Below, one piece after another: positions 47,888 through 57,365 of a stretch of DNA of 64,000 nt. Below the pieces are notes generated by a model that did no database searches, was not told where the DNA came from, and worked only from the letters and a program-made list of their open reading frames with translations. Position 1 is the stretch's first letter, and each line of letters begins with the position of its first letter. Source of the stretch: a virus; IMG/VR virus record IMGVR_UViG_3300031519_006967, positions 1 to 64,000 of that record. The stretch is one strand, 5' to 3'. The position numbers were made by a program, and so were the translations under genes.

Positions 47888-48217
47888 ATGAAATATGTAA
47901 AATTAACTGTTAACGCCGATCCAGATGGTTGGTACGTTAAGGGAACTGAGGTTTGGTCATAGGATACCAATGTTAGACTAACTGAACGTGAATTTAAAGA
48001 GTGGTTAGATAAAGACGGTAATCTGTTTCAAATTTGCGTACAGGGAATTCGTAAATGTAATCCTCATTTTAAGTATGAAGAGGATTATATGGAGAAACAC
48101 GGCACACTATATAGGGTAGATGGTGAGTGTTGCTCTGGTTCAGAATTTGATGTGGAATATGTTGATGATGACGGAACGGAAGAAATTTTAAAATTATTAG
48201 AAAATTATGTCATATAG
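47888..48217 (+). pseudogene. 109-codon hypothetical gene with internal TAG at codon 25
   Basis: MKYVKLTV...GTEVWS*DTNVRL...LENYVI; not in ORF track. Confidence 0.6.
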
Positions 48218-48353
48218 AGCTATTAAATGTTATTTTGGATTCCACATATGGAAATGGGACATTATTGTCCATGGTAAGTGTAGTTACGGGCATGATATAT
48301 GTATCGGCCACTGTAAACATTGCGGAGCGCGTACTAAAAAATTCGAGATTTGA
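48207..48353 (+). CDS. 48 aa Cys/His protein (C..GFH.W...CKHCG)
   Basis: Overlaps upstream stop; zinc-finger-like spacing. Confidence 0.5.
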   Translation: MSYRAIKCYFGFHIWKWDIIVHGKCSYGHDICIGHCKHCGARTKKFEI

Positions 48354-48885
48354 ATTATGGAAATTATAAATAAGTGTATGACTCCTAGATTTAACAGAAG
48401 ATCACGAATATTATTAGAACAGTTGGAAGATAAGGATGAGCTAAATCCAGAATTTGACGGCAAAAAGATTGAAGATTATCTAATTTGGGAGCCAGAGGGT
48501 GACTTACGAGTTTATGCTGACTTCGTTAATGAGATTCCATCTAAATCTAATGAGACATATCGTGGTCTTTCCACTAAGGAATTTTCCCAATTACATACTC
48601 AGGGACACTTGAAATCAGATAGTCGAGATGTTGGTAAGGGACGAGAGGGAACCTACTCAGCAGGAGACTCCAAATTGGCAGGGCGGTTCGCCTTACGAAA
48701 TGCGAGAGATTTAGGGGCATCAGTATTTCTTGTGTTGGATAAAGACGCCTTGCCGAATTTAACATGGCGAAATGATTGGGATTTCTCCTCTGAGACCATT
48801 CCGAGGGACGCTATAAAACATGCATATCTGTTCCGAAATGGAAAGGTTAAGAAACTAATATAAACTTGAATTATGGAAATTATAA
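48350..48885 (+). repeat. 20-bp direct repeat flanking one gene
   Basis: TTGAATTATGGAAATTATAA at 48350-48369 and 48866-48885. Confidence 0.85.
48378..48863 (+). CDS. Possible ADP-ribosyltransferase-fold protein
   Basis: TYRGLS..EF, GTYS, AGRFA, IP..AI; N-terminus MTPRFNRRSRILLE. Confidence 0.45.
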   Translation: MTPRFNRRSRILLEQLEDKDELNPEFDGKKIEDYLIWEPEGDLRVYADFVNEIPSKSNETYRGLSTKEFSQLHTQGHLKSDSRDVGKGREGTYSAGDSKLAGRFALRNARDLGASVFLVLDKDALPNLTWRNDWDFSSETIPRDAIKHAYLFRNGKVKKLI

Positions 48886-48900
48886 TTATAAATAATTTTC

Positions 48901-49158
48901 ATGGCTGATTACGAATTAGAAGACGATATATACACTAGAGAATTAGATGATCTAGTAAACAAATATGGAGCATTTTGCGGAATACTCTTGAACAAGAACA
49001 TTTCATGTGTTACTTTCTTTTCACAACTACTACATGATGAAAAGCTGAGAAACAGTATGGCAAGCATTGGGCATTGCTCATGGTTTGATCTAGTGAAACA
49101 TATGACGTATAGATATCCCATATTACATAAATCTAAGAAAATTAACAAAATATTATAA
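48901..49158 (+). CDS. Hypothetical protein
   Basis: TATAAATA 6 nt before ATG. Confidence 0.55.
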   Translation: MADYELEDDIYTRELDDLVNKYGAFCGILLNKNISCVTFFSQLLHDEKLRNSMASIGHCSWFDLVKHMTYRYPILHKSKKINKIL

Positions 49159-49808
49159 TGGAAATAACAGAGTTTGATAAGCGAGTTTACAATCTATACC
49201 TTAGTTCGGTTAGATCTTGTCAAAATAAGCCATATACATTACGTAAAAATTTTGATGGGTTTGTGGACGATGATAAATTTGCCTACTTGAAAGCTTTGTC
49301 ATCAAGGTTCAGTAAAACGCCACATCTAATGTGTAAGGAATATTTCTCCGCGCCATTTACGCTGGGAGATGAAGGACATTTCGATTTAAAATATTATTCT
49401 TCCATGCGAGCAGTTGGTGCATTCTCGCGACTATCTAAGAGTTCCGAGAATAGACCACCTGATGAGCAGTTGGATTATTTAAAACAATCCTTCCTCTTTA
49501 TCTATAAGTTCTGTAAGGACCATGAGTTGAAGTTAAATGATTATGCATACCACAAGTCCGTAGCATTGGAAGATTGTTTGAGACATATTAAAGATCATAA
49601 AGTGTCTATATATGTTGCATTCTCCATTCCGTCAGTTTATACTGTGTTAGTGAATTTAGAGGCAGATGTATTCCACCTATATTTCGGTGATATTAGTATA
49701 GTCGAATTACAGAGGAAATATGAACGTAGTAAAGTAGCTAAACAATTTTGTCAAAATACAAGTGCGAAAATCGCAACTAGAGTTGACGAATTCCTTGCAA
49801 ACCTGTGA
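49158..49808 (+). CDS. Hypothetical protein, possible gp59-like helicase loader
   Basis: Size and position directly before gp32; weak N-terminal resemblance. Confidence 0.4.
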   Translation: MEITEFDKRVYNLYLSSVRSCQNKPYTLRKNFDGFVDDDKFAYLKALSSRFSKTPHLMCKEYFSAPFTLGDEGHFDLKYYSSMRAVGAFSRLSKSSENRPPDEQLDYLKQSFLFIYKFCKDHELKLNDYAYHKSVALEDCLRHIKDHKVSIYVAFSIPSVYTVLVNLEADVFHLYFGDISIVELQRKYERSKVAKQFCQNTSAKIATRVDEFLANL

Positions 49809-49916
49809 GGAAAACGATAAGTTATATTGCATAGATTCGAAAGGATTGTTGCATTATAAAAAGTAATAGAGATTGTAAAATCTGAATAAAATAGTAAAAA
49901 TAGTAAAAATAATAAT

Positions 49917-50840
49917 ATGAGTAATACACTAATCGATCTCGATTCGTTGATGAACACCGTCACCGAAAGCGAGATTAAGAAAAAAGAAAGAGAGAGTTCA
50001 TCATCATCATCGGATGAGAACTTTCTATCACTAAAAAAAGGAAACACTTACTTGGTAAGATTACTTCCTAATCGTGCTAACCCCGCAACCACCTTTGCAG
50101 ATTACGAGGAATACGGATTCACGTCTGTGACTGGTTCTGGTTACATCTATGCTGGTAGAACACCATCAAGTATGGGCCGCAAGGATATGGTTAAAGACCT
50201 TCAGTGGGCAACTTACTCTAAGGGTAAGGAAGCAAACGATGAAGCGTTGATGAAGCGTTCCTATACTCTCTTCCCACAGAAGAAAGAAATGGTAAATGTA
50301 TACGTCATTGACGATCCAACTAATCCAGATAATAATGGAACCGTTAAGGTTCTTCGTTATTCATCTAAAGTCAATAAAGATGGCGTTCCAACTTCTCCGC
50401 TATATGCGAAGATTCAGGATTCTATCTTCGGCGATGAGAAGGGTGACATTGGTAAGAAAGCGTTTGACCTTACGGGTAATGGCGTGAACTTCGCAATTAA
50501 GGTTGAGGAGAATCAGGGAGGGTGGAATGACTATTCTAAGTCTAACTTCAAATTCCCAAATGATATTGGTCTTAGCGAAGCAGAGATTTCTGAAATCTAC
50601 GAGTCCACCTTGGACTTGGAAACGTTCATCCCCGAGGCGCTTTCTGATGAAAAGCTTAAAGCCCTATTGGATCAACATTGGTATGGAAATGCCTCTGCGT
50701 CCGTGAACGAAGAAGTAGAATTGTCTGATGACACTGATGATATCCCTATGGATTTCGCCGACCCTGACGCTAAAGTTGAAGAGTTGAGCGATGATATGGA
50801 TGATTTTCTCGGAGAACTTGACGATCTAGATTCTAAGTAA
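49917..50840 (+). CDS. gp32: gp32-like single-stranded DNA-binding protein
   Basis: VRLLP, NVYVIDDPTNPDNNGTVKVLRY, FDL..GVNF, DYSKSNF, acidic tail. Confidence 0.85.
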   Translation: MSNTLIDLDSLMNTVTESEIKKKERESSSSSSDENFLSLKKGNTYLVRLLPNRANPATTFADYEEYGFTSVTGSGYIYAGRTPSSMGRKDMVKDLQWATYSKGKEANDEALMKRSYTLFPQKKEMVNVYVIDDPTNPDNNGTVKVLRYSSKVNKDGVPTSPLYAKIQDSIFGDEKGDIGKKAFDLTGNGVNFAIKVEENQGGWNDYSKSNFKFPNDIGLSEAEISEIYESTLDLETFIPEALSDEKLKALLDQHWYGNASASVNEEVELSDDTDDIPMDFADPDAKVEELSDDMDDFLGELDDLDSK

Positions 50841-50851
50841 TAAGTAAGTGT

Positions 50852-51500
<649 letters not shown>

Positions 51501-51508
<8 letters not shown>

Positions 51509-52244
51509 CTTCGTAGTATCAAAAGATAAGTTCGTTAATAATTTTGTAACCCCTTTAAGCCGATTCGATTTGACGGATAAACCTGCTCAGGTATTTATCA
51601 ATGATAATAATTTGACAGGTGTTACGCATTCTGACGATAGGTCCGTAATTTTAGAAGCAACTTTGAAGGACATTAAAGGCGACGACACCGACCCATTTGT
51701 TTTGAAAGATTTGAATAGACTTCTATCTGCTCTTGGGTTCGTTCAAGAAACTATGATGACATTTGACGTAGAACCAAATCATTTATTATATAAAGACGAT
51801 GCGATTCGCTTTAAGTCATTCTTCTTAGATAACAGATTCTTCGATGATAAGATCCCACTAAAGTTGGAAAAAATTAAAGAGCAAACATATGACCATAGCT
51901 TTACCCTGTCTCAAGATTCTTTAGCTAAGATACGAAAGTCCGCTCAATTTGTGGGGGCAGACACTAGTAAAGTTTATTTGTCGGGCAATTCAAAGGATGG
52001 TGTAGTTGCCAGCCGACACGACGCATCCAAGACCAGCATTGACACCATATCATTTAATATTGTTCCTGAGTATACTGGAACAGATTTTACCCCAATACCT
52101 TTACATATTGACCTGTTCTCCTTGATTTCAGAGAAGGATTGTGATATACTAGTAGAGATAAACGATAAGTTTGGTCTGTTTCTTCTAACAGTTGAAACCG
52201 ACGAATATAAGCTTCAATACATAACAACAGCACTGAGAAAATAA
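51501..52244 (+). CDS. gp45: gp45-like sliding clamp
   Basis: 247 aa clamp-like pattern (FVLKDLNRLLSAL, FTLSQDSLAKIRKS, C-terminal LQYIT). Confidence 0.6.
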
Positions 52245-52245
52245 T

Positions 52246-52524
52246 ATGAGATACGATGAATTTAGTAGCCAATTGAGGACAGAGTGTGGATTAACATCAG
52301 CAAAGTTAGACATTCATTATAATGAGTCTGACCACAGATGTTGGACTGCTCTAATAGGAAGGGACACTGCGAATGTGTTTGTGACCTTCAACGTAAATAG
52401 AGGAGATAGAGGTATTAAAAATTACGATATTTTGGGCGATGGAAGACAACTGGTGGAAGTTCACCCGTCTGACATTTTCGAGATTTTATCTGACATTTTA
52501 CCACCAGAGGAGGCATCAGAATAA
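52246..52524 (+). CDS. Hypothetical protein (paralog of next gene)
   Basis: KLDIHYNESDHRCWTALI...VFVT. Confidence 0.55.
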   Translation: MRYDEFSSQLRTECGLTSAKLDIHYNESDHRCWTALIGRDTANVFVTFNVNRGDRGIKNYDILGDGRQLVEVHPSDIFEILSDILPPEEASE

Positions 52525-52525
52525 T

Positions 52526-52837
52526 ATGGCAAACAATAAAATTACAACAAAATCATACTTCATCAAGAGACTACGAGACGGTGGTTACATTGTTGATAAA
52601 CTTCCAATCTCCTTCACTAAGGAGGATACCCGTAGATGGGTAGCACTAGTTGATAACGGGTGTGCATCAGTGTTAGTAACTTGCTACAATGATTCTAGCT
52701 TTTCTTTTTATGACGGCGAGCGATTCATTCCATGTAACCTGAAATTGGCTACAGATTCGATTGAAATAGTTGCAACCCATTTAAATAGTCGAGGTATCAT
52801 TAATAAGCACCCTCGCTACGGGAAAACTGATAAATAG
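52526..52837 (+). CDS. Hypothetical protein
   Basis: KLPISFTKEDTRRWVALV...VLVT. Confidence 0.6.
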   Translation: MANNKITTKSYFIKRLRDGGYIVDKLPISFTKEDTRRWVALVDNGCASVLVTCYNDSSFSFYDGERFIPCNLKLATDSIEIVATHLNSRGIINKHPRYGKTDK

Positions 52838-52841
52838 TCGC

Positions 52842-53150
52842 ATGGACCCAGACGAAGAAGAGAAAGTAGATGGGATTCCTTCACTATCCAGTGAGGAGTT
52901 AGAAGAATTAACTGAAGAACTTAAGCATACTGAAGAGTCTGCTATATTAGAGCCTTCCAAGAAGAAAAACTTTGATATGTTGAGCAATATACTATCCGAA
53001 TATTTAGATTCATTTATAATTTTAGGATATACTGCTGAAGGTGATGAGGTAGTGTTCAATAAAATGATTACACCTAGAGATTCCCGATCTTTACAATCAT
53101 TGTTGGATGAAATTTCACATTCTCCATTTCTCGATGATCCTGACGAGTAA
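52842..53150 (+). CDS. Hypothetical protein
   Basis: ATAAATA-N5-ATG. Confidence 0.6.
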   Translation: MDPDEEEKVDGIPSLSSEELEELTEELKHTEESAILEPSKKKNFDMLSNILSEYLDSFIILGYTAEGDEVVFNKMITPRDSRSLQSLLDEISHSPFLDDPDE

Positions 53151-53154
53151 GAGT

Positions 53155-53183
53155 AAAAATACCTCGCAATAGCGAGGTGTTTT
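53155..53183 (+). terminator. Intrinsic terminator
   Basis: AAAAATACCTCGC-AATA-GCGAGGTGTTTT. Confidence 0.75.
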
Positions 53184-53206
53184 CATTTACACTGGTAAGT
53201 AATTAT

Positions 53207-53968
53207 ATGGAACTTATCAAGTATGGATCACGCGGGAAGAATGTAATCACCATTCAATATTTTTTAAATGGTGAGGGATATCCTGTTGGCTCTGCTGACG
53301 GGATATTTGGCAATAACTCAGTATCAGCAACCAAACAGTATCAGCGCGATAAAGGACTCCTACCTGATGGGATTATAGGTAATGGGACATTATCAGTGAT
53401 GCTTAAAGACGGATTGGCGTTGATGCCAGAAGTTTCAGAGTTCCCCCCTAAGCCGACATTTAGCCCATTGGTCGGAAACGCCCAAAGAGAGGCTATATTT
53501 GGCAAATTTAAATATTCTAACGCCCCCACAAGCAATAACCCTGAAGGTATTAAAATTCACGGTAACTGGGAATCCCAAAATATTGTAAGTGTTGATCTGC
53601 CTCAGTTGTCTAAGGCTACTAGTGGTCAGTTTACTCGTATGCGCTTCCATAAGAAGGCAGCAGACCAGTTGCGGGAGTTGTGGCAAGCATGGGAGGATGA
53701 GGGGCTGTTAGAGCGCGTTATAAGCTATGAGGGTGCATTTTACCCTCGTTACGTGAGAGGCTCTAGGCGCACACTATCCAACCACTCTTGGGGAACTGCA
53801 TTCGATATCTGTTACTGGTACAACAAATTAGGGCGAGTTCCAGCAGCAAAGGGAACAAAGGGAAGTGTTAGGGAACTAATACCCTTAGCTAATAAATTCG
53901 GCTTTTATTGGGGAGGACATTTCAGTAGAAAAGATGGAATGCACATGGAAATAGCGAAGATTCTTTAA
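53207..53968 (+). CDS. Endolysin: PG-binding domain plus M15 peptidase
   Basis: DGIFG, PDGIIG; R..., SNHSWGTAFDI, YWGG, DGMHME. Confidence 0.88.
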   Translation: MELIKYGSRGKNVITIQYFLNGEGYPVGSADGIFGNNSVSATKQYQRDKGLLPDGIIGNGTLSVMLKDGLALMPEVSEFPPKPTFSPLVGNAQREAIFGKFKYSNAPTSNNPEGIKIHGNWESQNIVSVDLPQLSKATSGQFTRMRFHKKAADQLRELWQAWEDEGLLERVISYEGAFYPRYVRGSRRTLSNHSWGTAFDICYWYNKLGRVPAAKGTKGSVRELIPLANKFGFYWGGHFSRKDGMHMEIAKIL

Positions 53969-54071
53969 TTTGATTTGAATTATTGATATAAATTACTAAA
54001 TGGAGATACATTGACAATCATACTGTTCATGAGAGAGTTGCATTGTAACCCACGATTCCATAATTATAAAT

Positions 54072-54638
54072 ATGAAATTAACATTAGAAGACTTTAATAT
54101 TTTAGTAAACCAAGGAAGTGCCGAACTAGCAACAGATTTAGCTAATATGGGTAAACCGTCTTGTGAAGCGGATTCGGGGATGATTAGAAGCACTTTATTA
54201 GCAAACTCTGCGAGATATTGTGAGGCGAATGACCACCTAACACTAGAACAGAATTTAGATGTTATGACGCAAACTGTCAAGTGCCTATACAGTGAAGAGT
54301 TTGAGGAAATCTTAAACGATGACACAATATCTATACAACCAATGACTGGTCCAGTTGGTCTAGCTATTGGCGTCTACATTACTGCGTATGAAACAGCTAT
54401 CCAGAAAACTGCTGTAGAATCAGGAACTCGCCGATTTGAAAACGATTTCGATTTTGGGGAGATTGTTGATGAATTGCGATTACGCCAAAAACAAAAAGAA
54501 GAAAACGGCGAAAACTCCCATATTATTTACTGCCCATACATCATGGTTATGTATGTGGAGACAAGGGGTGATTCTTATTTTTCTAGATATGGGGTGATTG
54601 ATCACCTTATGGGTGAGAATATAATTATTGAAGGATAA
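54072..54638 (+). CDS. Miniature gp23 major-capsid paralog
   Basis: SIQPMTGPVGL, IIYCPYI, FSRYG. Confidence 0.6.
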   Translation: MKLTLEDFNILVNQGSAELATDLANMGKPSCEADSGMIRSTLLANSARYCEANDHLTLEQNLDVMTQTVKCLYSEEFEEILNDDTISIQPMTGPVGLAIGVYITAYETAIQKTAVESGTRRFENDFDFGEIVDELRLRQKQKEENGENSHIIYCPYIMVMYVETRGDSYFSRYGVIDHLMGENIIIEG

Positions 54639-55378
54639 TAGCATAAATATACCAGATGAGATCATTTAAACAATTTATAATAACCGAATCTGTAGATGGG
54701 TTCTTCGACGATTTAGAAAATTGGGGAGTTTTACACTTTGATGGCAGACTGTATTATAAGGCATATGCCAATTCCACGGTTACTGTCGAATTAGGTGGCT
54801 GGTCTGGAGGTCTGCGATTATCATACATTAAAGCAACCCCACATGGATCGGGTGCTGGGTCTATGTTCATGTCCGAGTTAGTTAAAAAGGCGGATGAACA
54901 TAATATCAAGATTACTGGATCGGTTCAGTCGGAGGAGGGTGGACCATCCGACCAAAAATTACGCGAATTTTATCGAAAATTCGATTTTGAAATAGATGGT
55001 GAAGATATAGAAAGAACTCCAAACGCTACCTCACCAGTTATTGTTTTACGTGGTTCAGGTTCACCCAAAAAGGCTAGAAGCCATATAGCAGAGTTATCTG
55101 AAAAATACGATTGGGTTGTTCATGGAGAACACGAATCTGGGTGGGAAAATTGGGAAGATGCTTTAGATTCGATTTGGGACAATGCCGAATTAGATGATGA
55201 TGTTGAGGATTTCAAAAATATGGTATATGGTGAATCTGGTGATGATTCCGATTTAGCCGAATTTATCAACGACGAATTAGAGAAGTTAAACTCACCATAT
55301 AGTGTATCATTTACTGGCGAAAGTGAAGATGATTATTAATAGCCTTAAAGGTGAGAATATAATTATTGAAGGATAATA
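54612..55378 (+). repeat. 29-bp direct repeat flanking one gene
   Basis: GGTGAGAATATAATTATTGAAGGATAATA at 54612-54640 and 55350-55378. Confidence 0.9.
54656..55339 (+). CDS. GNAT-like protein with capsid-targeting-like N-terminus
   Basis: MRSFKQFIITE; LSYI...GSGAGS...AD...LREFYRKFDF. Confidence 0.6.
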   Translation: MRSFKQFIITESVDGFFDDLENWGVLHFDGRLYYKAYANSTVTVELGGWSGGLRLSYIKATPHGSGAGSMFMSELVKKADEHNIKITGSVQSEEGGPSDQKLREFYRKFDFEIDGEDIERTPNATSPVIVLRGSGSPKKARSHIAELSEKYDWVVHGEHESGWENWEDALDSIWDNAELDDDVEDFKNMVYGESGDDSDLAEFINDELEKLNSPYSVSFTGESEDDY

Positions 55379-55381
55379 ATA

Positions 55382-56170
55382 TTAGCTTCTTAATTCATCT
55401 AAGAACTTTTTAACTTCGGGTATTCTATCAGTTATTCTTTGTTTCTCAGTGTTTTTAGTCATTCCGCCATGTTCCAATAGCGCGAATGATTCGTCACCAC
55501 CCCAAGCTAAGTCATCAATTTTATCAACCTCTAAGTCTAAATAGTCCGCTTGCTCCCGTGTATTCACCACTATAGCAGTTTTAAGTTTGTGTTTAAGTAT
55601 TAGTTTTTTCCCATATTCATTAGTATCATAACTAGCAGTTATAACGAAGTTTGATGGAAGTTTATCTAAGCGTTTAACCCATAATGGAATTGATGTGGTA
55701 TATGTGTAAAACAGTTTATTTGGCATTCTATTAGCTACTTCAATCCAAGCATCAAAATATGTCCCTGAGAAGAAATCCCCACCATTATGAAGGCGGAATA
55801 TTGAACTCCGTGCGGCTCGCCTCTCTGCCAATATGGACCGTTGTAGAAGATCAGCCATCTTTTTAGTAGTTTTCTCAGCTTCTACTAACTCCATATTATT
55901 TTTAGTTTTCTCGGCAACTCCTTCGGGGAATCTTGTTTCTATTTGGTTCTTAAAACAACTCTTTTTACAATCCCCTGAAAATGGGCAAGAGTCTATTGTT
56001 GCTAGAGACATTCCCCAATTTCCATGTTTGCTGGTTTTAGTCGGTTGGTCTAATTTTATTACTGTTTCACAGTCTTGTAGGTCGTCTGCGTTCTCCCCAC
56101 CATTCATCATAGCCTTAATATCGGCTGGAGATATTGCTTCTAATATCGTGTAAAGCTTACTGAACTTCAT
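55382..56170 (-). CDS. Gp88-like (radical-SAM-related) protein
   Basis: CPFSGDCKKSC (CX5CX3C), FRLHNGGDFFS, FYTYT. Confidence 0.7.
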   Translation of the reverse strand: MKFSKLYTILEAISPADIKAMMNGGENADDLQDCETVIKLDQPTKTSKHGNWGMSLATIDSCPFSGDCKKSCFKNQIETRFPEGVAEKTKNNMELVEAEKTTKKMADLLQRSILAERRAARSSIFRLHNGGDFFSGTYFDAWIEVANRMPNKLFYTYTTSIPLWVKRLDKLPSNFVITASYDTNEYGKKLILKHKLKTAIVVNTREQADYLDLEVDKIDDLAWGGDESFALLEHGGMTKNTEKQRITDRIPEVKKFLDELRS

Positions 56171-56214
56171 AATATTATTTATTGTTTAACCGTTAATATA
56201 GTATAAATACCAAT

Positions 56215-56757
56215 ATCGCAAGTTTTAAATTATTTTTAGAAGGAAAGAAAAAGGGAACTGGGTTTGGTTGCCTGATGTTATACTTCCCGTCAGAATTAAA
56301 GAAGGAGTTCATGAAACTCACTACGAAGATTGACGAGAATGATCTATACAAACCAGAAGATGGATTTGGGGTAGAGACTGACCCACACGTAACGGTTAAA
56401 TACGGACTACATGAGAACGACCACGATAAGGTGTTTACGACTTTGGGTAAAATATCCCCAGTCACAGTTAAATTTAAAACTAAAGTTAGTCTGTTTGAGA
56501 ATGAGAAATATGATGTTATTAAGATCAATCTATCAGGTCCAGATATCCGAGCATTAAACAAACGAGTTAGTGACATTTTTGAATGCACTGATGGCTACCC
56601 AGTGTATACTCCCCACTCAACCATTGCATACGTTAAACCAGGAACAGGTCATAAATATTTAAATTTAGATTCTGATTTTATGGGTAGTGAGTTTGACCTT
56701 ACTAGGCTAATATATTCCGATTCTAAGTCAGACAAGAAGTATAAATATTTAAAATAA
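56215..56757 (+). CDS. 2H phosphoesterase, T4 57B/Acb1-like; predicted ATC start
   Basis: PHVTVKYG and PHSTIAY HxT motifs; first ATG at 56275. Confidence 0.7.
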   Translation: MASFKLFLEGKKKGTGFGCLMLYFPSELKKEFMKLTTKIDENDLYKPEDGFGVETDPHVTVKYGLHENDHDKVFTTLGKISPVTVKFKTKVSLFENEKYDVIKINLSGPDIRALNKRVSDIFECTDGYPVYTPHSTIAYVKPGTGHKYLNLDSDFMGSEFDLTRLIYSDSKSDKKYKYLK

Positions 56758-56760
56758 ATT

Positions 56761-57348
56761 ATGAATACTTTTAACGACTATATACATATATTGGAAAATG
56801 AAATTAAAAATAATCTTCCCATTGATGAGATTATGAAATTTGCGGATTCACGGGGTGAAGTGTTTGCGGATACTGACACACATTTAGTTGTTCGCCCATC
56901 AAACCACAAATCATCTTGCAATTACGGGCAATATACTAGGTCCAATTTCTGCTTAGCGGAAGAGGATAATCCATCAGAGTGGGATCAAATAGATATGATT
57001 ACCCAGCAAATGGGTTCACCCGCCCACTTTTACTACGCATTTTCTAAGAAACTATCCCAGAAAAACAAGAATTCTATTTTTGGAATTATGGTATATCCCC
57101 GAGCGTGGAGCGATATGGCAGTTAATATGAGCGATGAAGAGTTAGTAGCGACTGGTAGACAACGATTCACAGATCAAGTGGGGGGAGAATTGGCATATTC
57201 GGATGAATTTCTTTTAGATTGGGTTAAACAGGTTAAACACCATAACAATTTATTTGAATCATACAACAGCAATAATAAAATTATTCTACCCAATGATTTG
57301 GAATCTCAGCTAGGGGTAAATCTTTTTAATATAATAATTAACGCTTAA
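56761..57348 (+). CDS. Hypothetical protein with capsid-targeting-like N-terminus
   Basis: MNTFNDYIHILE; SCNYG...FCL. Confidence 0.55.
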   Translation: MNTFNDYIHILENEIKNNLPIDEIMKFADSRGEVFADTDTHLVVRPSNHKSSCNYGQYTRSNFCLAEEDNPSEWDQIDMITQQMGSPAHFYYAFSKKLSQKNKNSIFGIMVYPRAWSDMAVNMSDEELVATGRQRFTDQVGGELAYSDEFLLDWVKQVKHHNNLFESYNSNNKIILPNDLESQLGVNLFNIIINA

Positions 57349-57365
57349 GTGGATAAATATTTTAA

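Noticed and set aside
49857-49870. AAAAGTAATAGA shared with the 10684 repeat region
   Set aside because: A 12-nt AT-rich match is plausible by chance.
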